In this document: positions 48,433 to 62,027 of the stretch, in pieces
How positions within the stretch are numbered: position 1 is the stretch's first letter
How the letters are laid out: each line of letters starts with the position of its first letter
From: Hydrurus foetidus
Lineage: Eukaryota
Direction of reading: 5' to 3'
DNA length: 64,000 bases
NCBI GenBank assembly: GCA_900617105.1
Contig: UYFQ01000586.1
Coordinates: 1-64,000, forward strand
Translations under genes and position numbers: made by a program
Notes under the pieces: model-generated
The model's input: the letters and a program-made list of their open reading frames with translations, nothing else
What the model was told of the DNA's origin: nothing
Databases searched by the model: none

Positions 48433-51113
48433 ATGTGGCATCTTCACTCCGTCCTTCTTGCCGTTCTGGTGATGCCTGGCCTTTACTGTGCCGAGAATCT
48501 CCAACTAGATGGAGTCAAATCTCATCTACTCTCCGAAAAACATACAGGTAGCACCATCTCACATATTTTTAAGGAAACTGCTGCCCACTTGTCCGCGAGG
48601 ACAGATGTTGTAAAGACAACTCGTGTAAGCCGTGATTATTTGCATGAAGTCATATTCGTCATACACCAGCGAAACATGGACGAGTTAACAAGGATATTAG
48701 AGGATGTGTCTGATCCGAAAAGTTTGAACTATGGTAAGCATATGACAAAGCAGGAGATCTCTCATCTGACAGCAAATCCGGAAGCCCATGAAGCTGTAGC
48801 GGAATACTTGCGTGCAAATGGTGCCTCGGTGACATCGAAGACCATAGTCGGCGAATACATCGGAGCTTCTGCCCCAATAGAGACTTGGGAAAAAGTCTTC
48901 AGTACCGAATTCTTTCTGTATCACCAAAATGGGGGGAACACGACCCTGAACAAAATTGTTCGAGCTGAGTCATACTCCATCCCTAGAAGTCTTGAAGCAC
49001 ATGTGGACAGCGTCTTCAACACCGTGCAAATGCCACCTCGTGCATTCTACCGCGCACCCTCTCCGATTGTGCGAGAGGAGGCGATGAACTACATGACACC
49101 CGCTCTTCTCCGATCCTTCTACAATCTCGGTACCAGTCAGGGCAGTGCGCAGTCAAGCCAGGCAGTTTATGCTTCTATCGGTCAGTTCTACTCTCCTAAA
49201 GATCTCGCCCAATTCCAAACAACAGAGGGCCTTCCTAATAACCCAGTAGCGTACAGCATTGGGGACCACGCAAGCGACTCAATATGTTCAAAACAACCCT
49301 TCAATTGCGCCGAAGCAAACCTGGATGTGCAGTACATCACTTCTACCTCTCCTGTCTCCCCGACTACATTTTGGTACACTGACGCTGCCGACTTCAGTAC
49401 ATGGCTTATCAATGTCGCTGCTGCAACTAACCCTCCACTAGTGTTGAGTGTAAGTTACGGATCGGAAGAGGTGTACACTACTGCATCTGAGATGGATGCC
49501 TTCAACACAGCAGCTATCAAACTAGGGGCGTTAGGAATCACGATTCTGGTGGCTTCTGGCGATGATGGTGCGATCAGTAATGGCGCACGTCAATATGGAC
49601 AGGCAGGGTGTTTCTACTCCCCAGACTTTCCCTCCTCCAGTCCATACGTCACTTCTGTGGGTGCGACCTCGGTAAGACAGAAACTACTTGATCATCATCT
49701 GTCTAAATGAGAGTCTTAAATCCTCCTCCCCCCTTCTTCCTCCTCCTTCTCCTCCTCCTTCACTTTGTCCCCACCCTCATCCTCCTTCCCTTCTCATCCC
49801 CTCTCCATTGACACCACTCCTGCTCACGTCCCATTCCATCCCCCTCTCCATTGACACCACTCCTGCTCACGTCCCATCCCATCCCCCTCTTCATTGACAC
49901 CACTCCTGCTCACGTCCCATCCCATCCCCCTCTTCATTGACACCACTCCTGCTCACGTCCCATCCCATCCCCCTCTCCATTGACACCACTCCTGCTCACG
50001 TCCCATCCCATCCCCCTCTCCATTGACACCACTCCTGCTCACGTCCCATCCCATCCCCCTCTCCATAGACACCACTCCTGCTCACGTCCCATAACATATT
50101 TCTTCCTGCTCACCATCTTCCCTGTCCAGCTCTTAAATGAAATCTCTCATATCCATACCCCACCGTATATGTTGACGTGCCCTATTATTCTGACCCCATA
50201 TATCCGACAATTACCATTATTTTGACCCAGGGTCCGGAGGCTGGTACCGCTGAGGTAGTGTGTCAGTCCGACAACCTTCAGGTGATCACATCTGGCGGAG
50301 GGTTCTCTAACTACTTCCCCGCCCCCTCCTTCCAGACAGCCGCCATCAGCGCATACTTCGTGTCCGTTACTAATTCCAACCAAATGCCGTATGCGGGGTA
50401 TGGGACTGGTAGGGGGTATCCGGATATTTCCCTTGCGGGTGCGAATTATTATACCCTATTAGGCGGAAGGGGTTACGGCTTATACGGCACATCCTGCGCG
50501 ACTCCATCAGTGGCAGGATTCTTTTCTAATATCAACGCTGCCCGCCTCGCAGACGGAAAGAGTTCGTTAGGGTGGGTTAACCCTGCGCTGTACGCCTATT
50601 CGAGTTCATTCAGCAACGACATCACATCTGGCGACAACAAATGCGGTGCTATCGGTTCGAACAACAAGTTCACCTGTTGCAGTCAGGGGTACTACGCAGC
50701 ACCCGGATGGGATCCAGTGTCAGGGTTAGGGTCTGTTAACTTCGGTAACTTGGAGAAGGTGTTGGAGAACTTAGGTGCTGGTCTGTCGATGAGTCCCTCA
50801 TCCGTTCCCATCAAGAGAACGATGAGACCGGTACTGCGTCCCGATGGAATGACCTTCCCCTCTATCTTCTCACGCCCTGTTACTACCGTCAATAGGATGC
50901 CCACTATAATCCCAACCACAGCACCCTCAGAATCTAACCCTGGGAAACAAGCCGTATCACAGACTGGAGCGGCTAACCGACTTGCCGGTAAGCACGGCTA
51001 CCATGATAAAATTATATCTATCTAATCACGATTATTTTACCGTAGTTAGATTATACATTTTCTTCTTCCTTGCAGTTGCTACATTAGCATTCAGAAAAGA
51101 GCTCTCTATTTGA
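48433..51113 (+). CDS. Sedolisin / tripeptidyl-peptidase I-like S53 serine protease (signal peptide, prodomain, catalytic domain)
   Basis: VSDPKSLNYGKHMT prodomain, EANLDVQY (catalytic Glu/Asp), ASGDDG, SSPYVTSVGAT, SGGGFS, RGYPDIS, GTSCATP (catalytic Ser), GWDPVSGLG. Exons 48433-49671 and 50231-~50987, then either a last exon 51076-51113 or the stop at 51025. Confidence 0.93.
49798..50091. repeat. Intronic 43-bp minisatellite (CATTGACACCACTCCTGCTCACGTCCCATCCCATCCCCCTCTC), ~7 copies
   Basis: Near-identical head-to-tail copies with no spacers, in the S53 protease intron. Confidence 0.93.
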
Positions 51114-53140
51114 GCCATGTTTTCGCCCACTCTCCTTGAACTGTGCTTGTGCGTGTGTGTGAATGTTATGCCGGATCATTTTTCAGCATTGATCATATTC
51201 TCCACTCCCACTTCTCATCTCCTCACCATCAATTGCCATTAACTTGTAGCAACGTCTTTTTCATCACGCATAATTTTTTACTTTAAACAATTACATCCGC
51301 TCAGCTGTTTCATGTCCTCTCATCATCTCTCCCTTCCTAACCCCTTCTCTCTCTCGCACCTCACACACATTGCATTGCATTGCATTGCATTGCATTGCAG
51401 GGAGTGCAACAGCCCTACTCGTGAGCATCTCCCTCATAGCAATGGCCGGCATGTTCGCTATGCAGTAAAACGGAACCTATCTCATGTCTCCTATCCTGTT
51501 CTATCCTACCTTATTCTGTACTCTACTGTCCTGTCCTATCGTATCGTATCCTATTCTATGCTACCCTGTTTATCCTGCACTCCTCTCTTCTGCACCGCAT
51601 CGCACCGCACTATCAGTATTAAACTCTCACTCCCTGCCCCGGCCTAACCTATCTAATCTGACGTGACCTGATCTGACTTGATCCCATCTAATTTGACCTA
51701 CCTTCACTCCACCTTACCACACCGTAACTAGTTACACCGACTATCTGGACACTGCGATGTAACGCACTGCAACACACAACAACACAACAACACACCACAC
51801 TGTAACATGTTTCTGGTATACGGTAGCGTGAGAGCAGACGAAAGGAGATCTACAAACTCATCCATCCGCACTCACCCATGCTCACGTCCACAATCTCACC
51901 ATCACAATAGTAGACCGAAAGTCGGAGGGAGCAAGGTGTGAAAAGAGGAGGGATGAATGAACACACTGACTGATACACTGTTTGATACACTGACTCACTG
52001 ACTGACTGATTGGTCCAAGCATCTATAGTCATATTGAAGAGATGTTAGGATTCAAAACCACGGAACAATCTAGATAATTAGATGAATTAGACTATTAGAG
52101 TGAATCTAAGAGAGTAAGTGTAGATATAATATAGTCTCATCAAGACAGGGTAACGATTAGCGTGAGAGTGAAAGAGACAGAGAGAGAGAGACATGGGTGA
52201 TACGACATATCTGTCTGGAGGCGTATTTGTTCTGTCGATCATTTTCTTTTTGAGTACATTCATCTCACTATTCTTCTGTTGGTGTACGGTATACGGTATA
52301 CGGTGTTGGACACGCCATTCCACAATAGAAAAGAAAAAAGAAAAAAGAATAATAAAAATAGCACTGAATAAGACTGGACAGAACAGAAAAAAGAAAAAAG
52401 AGAACGCAAGATAACAAGGCAGAACAGAATAGTACATCATGTCCCATGATGAAATTGAATCCTATTCGATTAGTTTATTTTATTCTATTCTACCCTTCAT
52501 AATATAACGTACATGCACCGTACCGTACAATAATAGCATTAGATATCCGTATGCGAATCTATTGTTCATAGAAAGTAACCCCATTGAAATTTTTGTCTGT
52601 CGTATGCCGCAGTGTGCTGTACGTGTACAGTTTCTGCAGCCTTAAATACTATTTGGTAGAAAAGGGTAAAATCACATATATAAACCGTAAATAAAAAACA
52701 CGATGTTTTATTTGCTTTGTTAATTTTTACGTCCTCGCCACAGTTCGTGATGACCCGAACAAGCTCAACAAGTGACGGATGGCGCTGAGAATGAAGTGAT
52801 GCTCAGAATCGCTGAGAATGCCAAAATCTACTTCTGCAGACTCAACCCGAAACTCTTCATTACTCTAACTATTTCAATTGTGGAAAAGGTCAGTTCTCAT
52901 TCTTCTTGGCGTTGAAATGCAACTGCCTCTTCATCGTTGTCGATTTGGAAAATAATGGTCGTAATACAGTGCAGTACGACTAACGAACAGTACGGAGCAC
53001 ATTCAAGAAACTTTCACGCCGTTTTGGGGTAGACAGAGACCACTGGATTAGATTTTTGACTTTTGCCAATAATTAAATTCATGTTGCATATCTAAGTGAA
53101 GTACTGTGTGAGGAGGCTTTTCGCTTTCAACGCACGTCAT

Positions 53141-53339
53141 AGCTCAAGGGTCGTGTTTAATGCATTTGTCGTTTTTAATCGGGTACCAGCCCCCACACAA
53201 CAACACACAGCATTTTTCATGCTGGGCGGCCCCCCTGGGGAATGTTTTTTTTTCAGTCATGAAAAATGCTGTGTGTTGTTGTGTGGGGGGCTGGTGCCCG
53301 ATTAAAAACGACAAGTGCATAAGACACGACCCTTGAGCT
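53141..53339. mobile_element. Fold-back (palindromic) MITE-like element, ~80-bp arms
   Basis: AGCTCAAGGGTCGTG...CACACAGCATTTTTCATG / CATGAAAAATGCTGTGTG...CACGACCCTTGAGCT inverted arms around a ~35-bp spacer. Confidence 0.8.
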
Positions 53340-54215
53340 GGCCCCTGGGGTCCATTAATTGGTTCTGTGCTCCATGTCATATCTCGTACGATATTGCCCA
53401 TTGAGTGCCCCCATGTTCCTTTTTCGAAAGTGTTGCGATAGTCACACGTCTTGGAAAGGCGAGAGTTCTGACATTGTTTTCTCGTCACCGTAATTATAGA
53501 ATATACAGTTTTGGAATTTAATAAGTAATAACGTACGATATTTCGTGGGAGTAAGTACAGGTATTCGTATTGATCTGTTGTATAATATTGCGCAAACTGT
53601 GCAAGCGTGATAACATAATGCAAAATTGGAAACAAAAATAGAAACAAAAACACGAAATTCTAAGTTGAATGATAGATACGAAATACCATACTGTGCTACT
53701 AGGTGATTTAAATTTCATAAAATACGTATAAAAAGTTACTTATCGTATTGTAAATCGGGATGTAACAGAACGGGACACTCATTCACCCAGTGCTGTTTTA
53801 CGACTTAAATAAGAAAATCGATTGTAACTCTCCGAAGCCATGTATAGTTAAGTATAGTTTAATATAGTTTTCTGTTCTGTGATGTACTGTACTTGTCTGT
53901 TGGATAATCAATCCACTTCTCAATTTTCAATCGCTTTCTCTCTTCTCCTCTCCTGTCCTCTGGCTGTAAGATATAACTGCATCTCTTCTTCCCTTTCTCT
54001 CCTTGTCACTGTCTCCTCCCCTTTCCCTGTTTAAATATCGTGTTCTTGTCTTCATCTCGCTTCGCCTCTCCTCTCACGTGCTGCACCTCATTTACCAGTT
54101 CCAGCCAATCTCTCTTTCTCTTTTACTTCTGACCGACTTACTGATGAAGCTTAAGAACTTTTCTGAGAGAAGAAGAGAGAGAGAGAGAAAGGGTATGGCT
54201 GAGCTGCGAAGGAAT

Positions 54216-57200
54216 TCAGTCATAATGCCTCCTCTCGTTCCTTGCGGCGGGTGGAGACACCACACACGCTCTCTGTGCATCGGCCAGTCTCCTCACGTTC
54301 TCCCTCATCTTGTTGGAGGACATGTTGGACACGTTCTGAGAGCTCATAGGGGAGACTGACCTCTCCCTCCCCCTCTCCCTCTCTTTATCCCTCTCTCCGT
54401 CCCTCACAACCCCCACCCCTGTCCCTACTCCCACTCCTCTTCCTCTGGTGAGAGAGGGAGACTGGGATCGAGCAAATAGATTCTTGAAATAAGTCCCAGT
54501 GCCTCTCGCATACACGTCTACCACTCTGTCACTGGGGGGTGGAACTGGGGACGGACCTAGACCCACAGATTCCAGATCTTTCGTAATGTCAAATTCATCA
54601 TTGCTTTTCTTGGATTGTATTTTACTGTTTATTTTCTGAATATCTGTATATCGTGTTGCACCTCCATCTTTGTGTCTGAGTTTGTCTTTCTCTTTGTCTT
54701 TGCCACTCCTGACTGCCTCTCTCTCTTTCTCTTTTTTTAGTTGAGGATGATTCAAAAGACAATCTCTCAATTTTTCTAATTCCTTCTCTCCGTAGACGGG
54801 ATCTTGGACCCTTGAATTCTGGACGCTTTTTTGTCCACTGCTCTTCCAGCTTAACGCACTCACACTGCCTCCGCTGTGCGATTTTTTAATGCTACTTCCC
54901 TCTTTTTTGCTGTCAGAGAAATGGGATCGGATGGCTGGTTGGATGAAGTAGGATAATTCCGGATGCATTTCTCCTCGGTGAGAATCACGGTTTCTCCCAC
55001 CACTACCACTATTCCCATTATAGTTGTTAATATTATCATAATCACCATTGTTATTATTGTTGTTGTTTGTTCCGGCAGTGCTCATTGAGTCTGATACACG
55101 GACTTTGGGTCGAGAGATTCCATGCAGATGCTCTCCCAACCCATTTCCATTTCTCGCATCAGGCCGCACAGCACTACCTCTCGAACTACCTCTTTCGCTG
55201 CTGGTAGCCCGATAAATAGCCCTCTCCCTCTCCCTCTCCCTGTTGCTGTTTCTATTGCTGTTTCTGTTTCTATTGCTGTCTCTGTTTCTGTTTCTGTTTG
55301 ATGACTTGATTCTCGACTTTGTCTGTGTCTTTATGTCCTTGACGATTTGATCTCTTTGATTTCGACTTTCTTCTCTCCGACACAACTTCTCGATTTCCTT
55401 CACTCTTTCCCTGACGACACTTTGTTCCTTTTCTTTCACTTCTATGTCCTTTCTTTCTTTGCTCTCTTTGCTCCGCGCTCTCCCTCGTTCTCCTTGTCTA
55501 TCACCGACATTGATAGGGGGTCCGACTTTCGCTTGGGAGGAAAGGGTGTTACGTACGTACCTGTTTCTTTCTCTCGATGAATAGGGTCTTCCTCTACGTG
55601 AATATGATAATTCAAAATTAATTATAAAAACATGAATATGATAAACCAGAAACCAATTGTATTTACATGAATACAGTAAATCACGAGTTAAAATGTATCT
55701 ACGCGTCTGTGTAAAGCACGAAACATCACAGTTTGAAGTGTATTCGGACAACAACGCACAAGACACATCATCTAATTATGTCCTTTTGGTCGCGCTTTCC
55801 AAGAAGATATATTCAAATCTCATTCACTTCCAATTCAACACATCATCGCAAATTATCATTTTTCTGTTTTTGTTATCGTAGTTACTGATGAAGAGGCGTA
55901 CCTGCTGTGCGCCCCATCGCTGTTGTCGAAGAAAGACGAGTGAGGAGAGAAAGTGTCTGTGTCCATTGAAGTGTCATTAAAATTGCTGCTATTTCCATTT
56001 CCATTTCTATCGCCCCTCTGGACGTCACCCACTCTTGTACCGTAAGTGTCGATGCTATCGTTCACATCGTATCTCCCGTTTCTAAAATCCAATTCTCGCG
56101 ATTTTTTTCTGCTTATAGCGGGAGGGGTGTTCACTCGTTGGCCCCAAATTGGTCGAGAGGATTTCACGGATTTAGAGGCATTTCCGTCATTAGTATCTCT
56201 GCTTTGAGTTTGGTTCTTTTTTCTGTCAGGAATGGAGCCGTTATGAAGATGCTTTTGATTTTCATCGTCACCCATGACTTCATTTCTACTCTGGCTTCTG
56301 TTGTCGTCATCATTTCCGATATTCTGAATAGCGCTATTTCCTTTTTTATTACAACCGATTGTGTTTCTATTGACATCATCTGATCGTTTTCCTGTGCTTG
56401 CAACTCGTCCATTGCGTGACACTTCGATGTTGTCTCTTTCCCACGATAAATGTTTCGAGACGAACGCGTTGAAGCCGTCGAGGAACTGCTCATGGTCTCC
56501 GTCCAGCTTGCTCTCAAATGCTGCCAAACGACTGGAAAGCTCTCCTAGAACGCCGCTCCTGCCATCTAGCTCCCTGCACGTCCCTTGGCCCGATCCGCCC
56601 CCCACACCGGTCCCAGCCGTTTTTCCGTCTGGTGAGAAATAACCGTTGTTCACATAACTATCACCGAAATTTAATTCCATTTTATCTTTGATCTCCTTGG
56701 CCAATCTCTCTGTTGAATTTAGATTCAAGGGCGATCCCGTTCTGGAATTTCGATCCAAGTTCTCCGGGTTGGACATTTTTCTATCCGGATTTAGGTGCAG
56801 AGAAAGGAGCACAGGAGCAAGGGCTGAGAGCCTGGAGAGAAAAGGGATAGAAGATTGTGGTGGGAAAAAAGAGAGTGAGAGGTAGTGAGGGAGTGGAAAT
56901 GATGATGAGGGAATGGGAGAGGGAGAAGGTGATAGTGAAAGGAGAGAGTGGAAGGGAGAGGGGCGATAGTGGGAGATTGGGTGAGAGAAAGTGTATGTGT
57001 GAGGCGGTGCCGTGTTGGTATGGTATGCTGCTGTGTGTTCATTAGACTGTTGTTGCGAGATATTGATATCTACATTTAGTTGAGTATAGCAGGTTCACGA
57101 CAAGCAGTGACGATAGAACTGCTTGTATTCGATCAGGTCACCACAACTCACCACTGCTTTCTCGCTTCATCTAGCGCTCCATCCACCGCCCTCTGCACCA

Positions 57201-60200
57201 TCTCCTCCATGCTGCTGTTAAGAGCCCTCTCTCCCTCCCCTCTACCTCTATACCCCCCTTCTCTTTCTCCATCTTCTTCTCTCTCCTCCTCTTCTCTGTC
57301 TCCATAGAATGCTCCTTCCTCTGCCCAGTACTTCTCCCTTTCTCTCTCCCTATCCGTCTCCCCATCTCTGTCTCTGTGCCTAGTCTCCGTCACACTGACA
57401 TCTCCTCTCACCCCCCTCTCCCTGTCCCTGTCTCTCTTCCCCCTCCCTCCCCCGACTCCTCCTTCATCCACTGCGTCTGCCATGAGATCGGCTGCTGATT
57501 GAACTGATCCTCCTGTGCTACTGGAGGCATTGTCATTTCCCTGTCTTGCGCTGCTCCGACTGTCTCTACTCTCCGCATGTTTGAGAGATCGTTTGAGAGG
57601 CGACTGACCTGCATCACATAGTAAAGGAGAGTGAAGAGGTTATGTAAACAAACAAAATGATGCTTCACTTCAAATACGAAACACAAGGTGAAAAGATGTC
57701 TTACCAAACATCGTACGGAATGTCAAGTGATGTCATGTTACAATGCTACTGCATGTTATGCTGCAGTGACACGTCATATCATGCGATGTCATGTCATGCG
57801 ATGTCATGCGATGTCATGTCATGTGATGTCATGTGATGTCATGTCATGTCATGCGATGTCATGTCATGCGATGTCATGTCATGTCATCTCACGTTGTTCA
57901 CCTAGTCCCACACTTTCGAGCCAAGCGGAGTTGGTCTGACGGTTCCGGCCACCCAGCCCCCCTGTCGCACCTCCTCCTCCCATACCCCCACTGACACTCC
58001 CTCCCCACCCCCACACCGCACTGCTGCTACTACTGCCCCCTCTGCTGCTCCCTGTTTCCGTCCCCGTCCCCGTCCCCGTCCCCGTCCCGGGCCATGTACC
58101 CCTCAACTCCTTCCCCTCTCCTCCTCCCTCTTCCTCATGATCGTACGTACTCTGCAACGTCATGAATCGATACGTTAAGTTGAGTCGAGAGTTGATCATA
58201 TTAGACGTAATATGCAGGCAAATTGATGCGAAGAGGATTTTGATGTAGCGACGAGAAGGAGTGTGGGAGAAAGCGAAACAAGACAGCATCGATGTGACGA
58301 TATGAAGTGGCCTGGCCTAGTATCGCGTAACATGGCGCAGTGCAGTCAAGTGCACTAAAACGAAGTGAGGTAGTGATGTGCACTACCTTCCTATCGCGGT
58401 CCATCTTTTTAGTGCTGCATTCCAGATATTCTCGAACTCTTTCTCTGCTCCTCCCTCGACTAGAATCTCGATCAGAAATATCGTTTTCACGGTTTTTGTT
58501 ATCTACGGATTTCCTTTCCACTGTTCTCCCTCTTTCTTTATTTGCGTCATCATTATCGATTTTGGTGATGATTTCTGTTTGTACGAATATTGAATGATCT
58601 GTTTTTCCGATTGTGTTAAGATGTGACTGTTTGCCATCTGAATGACCGCGGTTGATTGAGTTCAATTGATCTATCGTGTCTGCGTAGTCTACATCGCTGC
58701 TCCCTTCCCTCCCTCCGCTACTCATATCCATCTTTTCTTTCTTTGCAGTATGAATAGAGTCAATATTGGTATTAATCTCTAATTTACTAGTCGATTCTCC
58801 TCCACTCCAAATATTATTCTCAATTTCACAAATTTCTAAAATACTGTTTCTATTTGCTTTCTTTTCATTCCTTTTTCTTTTTTGAGTTATATGATCAAAC
58901 ACCCAATCACTAATTTCAGGTGAAGTATTTAGTACAACTTTCACCGTATCTAGTACTTCTAAAGCCGTGTTAATGTCCAGAAGAAGAGAAAAAAATGGAG
59001 AGGAAATCGGATTTTTTTCGAAATTTCCACTCTCATTCATTTCGTTTTTTTCCTCGCCATCACCACGTAACGTGCCAGCATGACTCTCAGTCAGCATTAC
59101 GCTTGTTTCCATCAAAACTCTCGGCAGTTCGCCCAGACACACATTGCGAATGTTTTTGTTGGAACGTACAACATGTACGAACTTTTCGACAATATCCGTA
59201 AATACAGATCCGTTAGAATGAGATCCAGAATTATTCGTATTTTTTGCCGAAGTATTATTCAACTTTGCTAATTCTTTTATGAGTTCTCTTCCCGTTTTTT
59301 CGCTGTACGAAAAATCGATCACGACGGAATGACAATCGTACTCACCATCATTCAAATTGGAATTTTTTCTGTCACTTTTTCTCGGTATTTTAAAAGTAGA
59401 GAGATAAGACGTGAGCACAGAAAGAGACTCAAGGTTCAGTTCTAGATTTCCGAGATTCAATTTCCTCAATAAAACGCTTTCGTAAGGGCTGCTTTCCGTT
59501 CCGAAAACAATTTCATTTACTCCCGAAGAAATAAAATTGTCGGAACTAGTAGTTCCAGTTCGCAAGAAATCCGAATTAGAATTCTGAATTTGTATGTTGT
59601 TACTTCTGGGACTGATTTGATTCAATTTCCGTGTTTTAGACTGGTCGAAATCACTGTTAGCGGTGCCGAGTGTTGCCAACGGACATGACGCTGCCCTCAG
59701 TAATGTGGAAACACCATCGAATCCGATCATGTTCTCACCTAATCCCAACTCCTCTAACAGCAAAATTGAATTGACGGAATTTAGTCCAAGTTCCGCACTG
59801 TTATTCGATTTGTTATTTTTCGTATTGGAAATATTACGTTCATTTTTCTCCACCCAAAATCCCCAATTTGCCCCATTTTTCGTTTCTGAAGTGGATGAAT
59901 GATGTGTCTCGAACTGTTTGCTGAATATGTTACTTGTTGTTGTGTGAGAAAGAAACTGATCTGAACGTGCGGAATCAGGACCGTTTCCGTGATTTTCAGT
60001 GTGAATTTTTAGTCCCCCTCGGTCTATCAACTGTGCGATGGCTAGGGCACCTTTATCCGTTATACGGTTTCTGTCCAATATCAGTGATTTCAACGGCAAT
60101 CTCTGCCCTGCATTTACACAATTCAGCATCATTTTCTTCAGCCCCCCACACAACGTCTCCACACCCATATCCCCTATCCCATTTCCGGATAGATCTATTC

Positions 60201-61346
60201 TGATCAGACACATCTTCGACTGCACGCTCATACCCATGGGCAGGACGAGAGAAAGAGGTAGAGAAAGAGGTGCAGGATGCAGTCTAGACTGCAGGTCAGA
60301 CGGACTTGACGAGAATGCTCCTGCTACAGCGCACACACCCACATCCCCCATGCAGTTACCATCAAATTCAAAATATTCAATTCTCCCTCTGGAACAAAAC
60401 AGTTTAGCGATTATGTATCCTGCTGTTTTCGGTAAATTGTTCCCGTTAAAATTCACGGATTTCAGTTCTGTGAAATTGCCCGCCATTCTACAAAGCCTCT
60501 CCAATCCTTGGACGGATAATTGACAATTTGAAAAGTTGACTTGTTTGAAATCGAAGAGGGAGTGGGTTTCGATGTATTCTGTGATGAATAGTACGTCATC
60601 TGTTGTGCTCAGATTCGCACCGCTGAGATCTAGGGTCGATGAATTCTCAGCCCTCCTAACATTGCCAAGAATGAAAGTGGTTAGTGCACGTAAAGTTAGT
60701 AAGAATCAAGGTAGTGTAAGAGGTGTATTTAGTAGGTGATTCAGAGCACTAACACTCACTATGTTTCCTTATTTAGATCAGGTAAATGATTGTCATGTAT
60801 GTCATGGTGCTACAAAATATCGCATTGTCATCTCAACAGATGGCAAAATTAGAGAGTCAGAATGTTATGCCACAAAAATTGAATGAAAGTAAATTCGAGG
60901 CAGAGATACTTTAATAAAAGTAAAACTCTCTTTTGATAGGTGATTAGTGAAGGACGCTCATACAGAACCTTATTTCGATGATGATACTATATAAAAAGCA
61001 ATATTGGAGATGCCCATAAACTGCTCTATAAATGTGTGTCAGATGTACCAGGATCAATAAATATCAAAACGACTCGATCATCTTCGCAACAAGCACGAAA
61101 TGCGAGATAAGACACAAACAGTTGGAATCATTTCTTGCGATGATGATACTCCCGATCTAACTTTCTGATAAGTGCAGCTCGCTTTGAATGCGGGTGAATA
61201 AATCAAACACCAAGACTAACTCATAGCATAGGTGCAAAGCAAGCAAGGAGTGAGTGCCACAGAATAACGTACCTGATGAATGTTTCTAGATCTCTGTGAC
61301 AGAATGTCACATCAGAAAATCTGCGCATGTTCGATGTCGCTGGCAT
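54216..61346 (-). CDS. Large multi-exon RNI-like leucine-rich-repeat protein with long low-complexity C-terminal part
   Basis: LRR motifs LDLSGANL, VNFNGNNL, FEFDGNCMGDVG, IDLSGNGIGDMG, LILDRNRITDKGA, LGLGENMIG. Phase-consistent exons ~61346-61273, 60655-58387, 58151-57893, 57608-57152, 56831-55902, 55592-54216. Confidence 0.82.
57775..57888. repeat. (CATGT/CATGC/GATGT)n intronic pentamer microsatellite
   Basis: Directly visible inside an LRR-gene intron. Confidence 0.9.
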
Positions 61347-62027
61347 ACTGAACACCAGCGAAATTATCAGTAAAGGATTTGGCTACTCAGTAACCTTTTC
61401 AGGGTCACCCTCAAACTATTCACTCAGATACATCAAGTTTTCAGCGATGGCCGATGACGGTGACTTATTATTCTGGTTCGGCTGAGGAACTAGGAATTGC
61501 TTTGACTTTCATCGTCGATCGGGCGTTGGAGCATCTCGCAGTGTATCTCCTGCTTGATTTATTTGTAAGTCTGAAGTGCTGGTCAAAGTTGCGTAACTGC
61601 CTGCTGCGACAAATCAACCGTCAGTTCTGTACAGTACGTTCTTCTTTTTAAACCGTGTACCGTTGAGTCTGCCGATATTATACGGTTTTCGAAGGACCCC
61701 CTGCACGGACGGTACTAAGTTGTAAGCAGTACTTTGTACTTACTATGCCACTGGAAGGATCTTTGGCATGAAGTCAACTCAAAAGTCAAGTCAAGTGTTG
61801 CGCTTTTGTTCTGAGATCCATCCCAGCTATACTCTATACTCCCACGCGAAAGTGCCTACTCGCGAAAGGCAGGATTCCAATTTCGTCCCCTGTCTCAGGT
61901 GAAACACCTCAAGTGAGACAGGTCGGAGAGAGAAAAGCCCGGGCAGTTGCAAATTGAGGGTAACAATAAACCCGCAAAATACTCTCCCGGATCACCGCGT
62001 TCGACAGACTGTCGTAGTGTCACAAAA

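Noticed and set aside
49798..50091. 43-bp repeats as CRISPR-like
   Set aside because: Contiguous copies with no spacers, located in an intron.
52590..53140. Possible additional MITE remnants around the second palindrome
   Set aside because: No matching TIR pair or TSD could be identified by eye.
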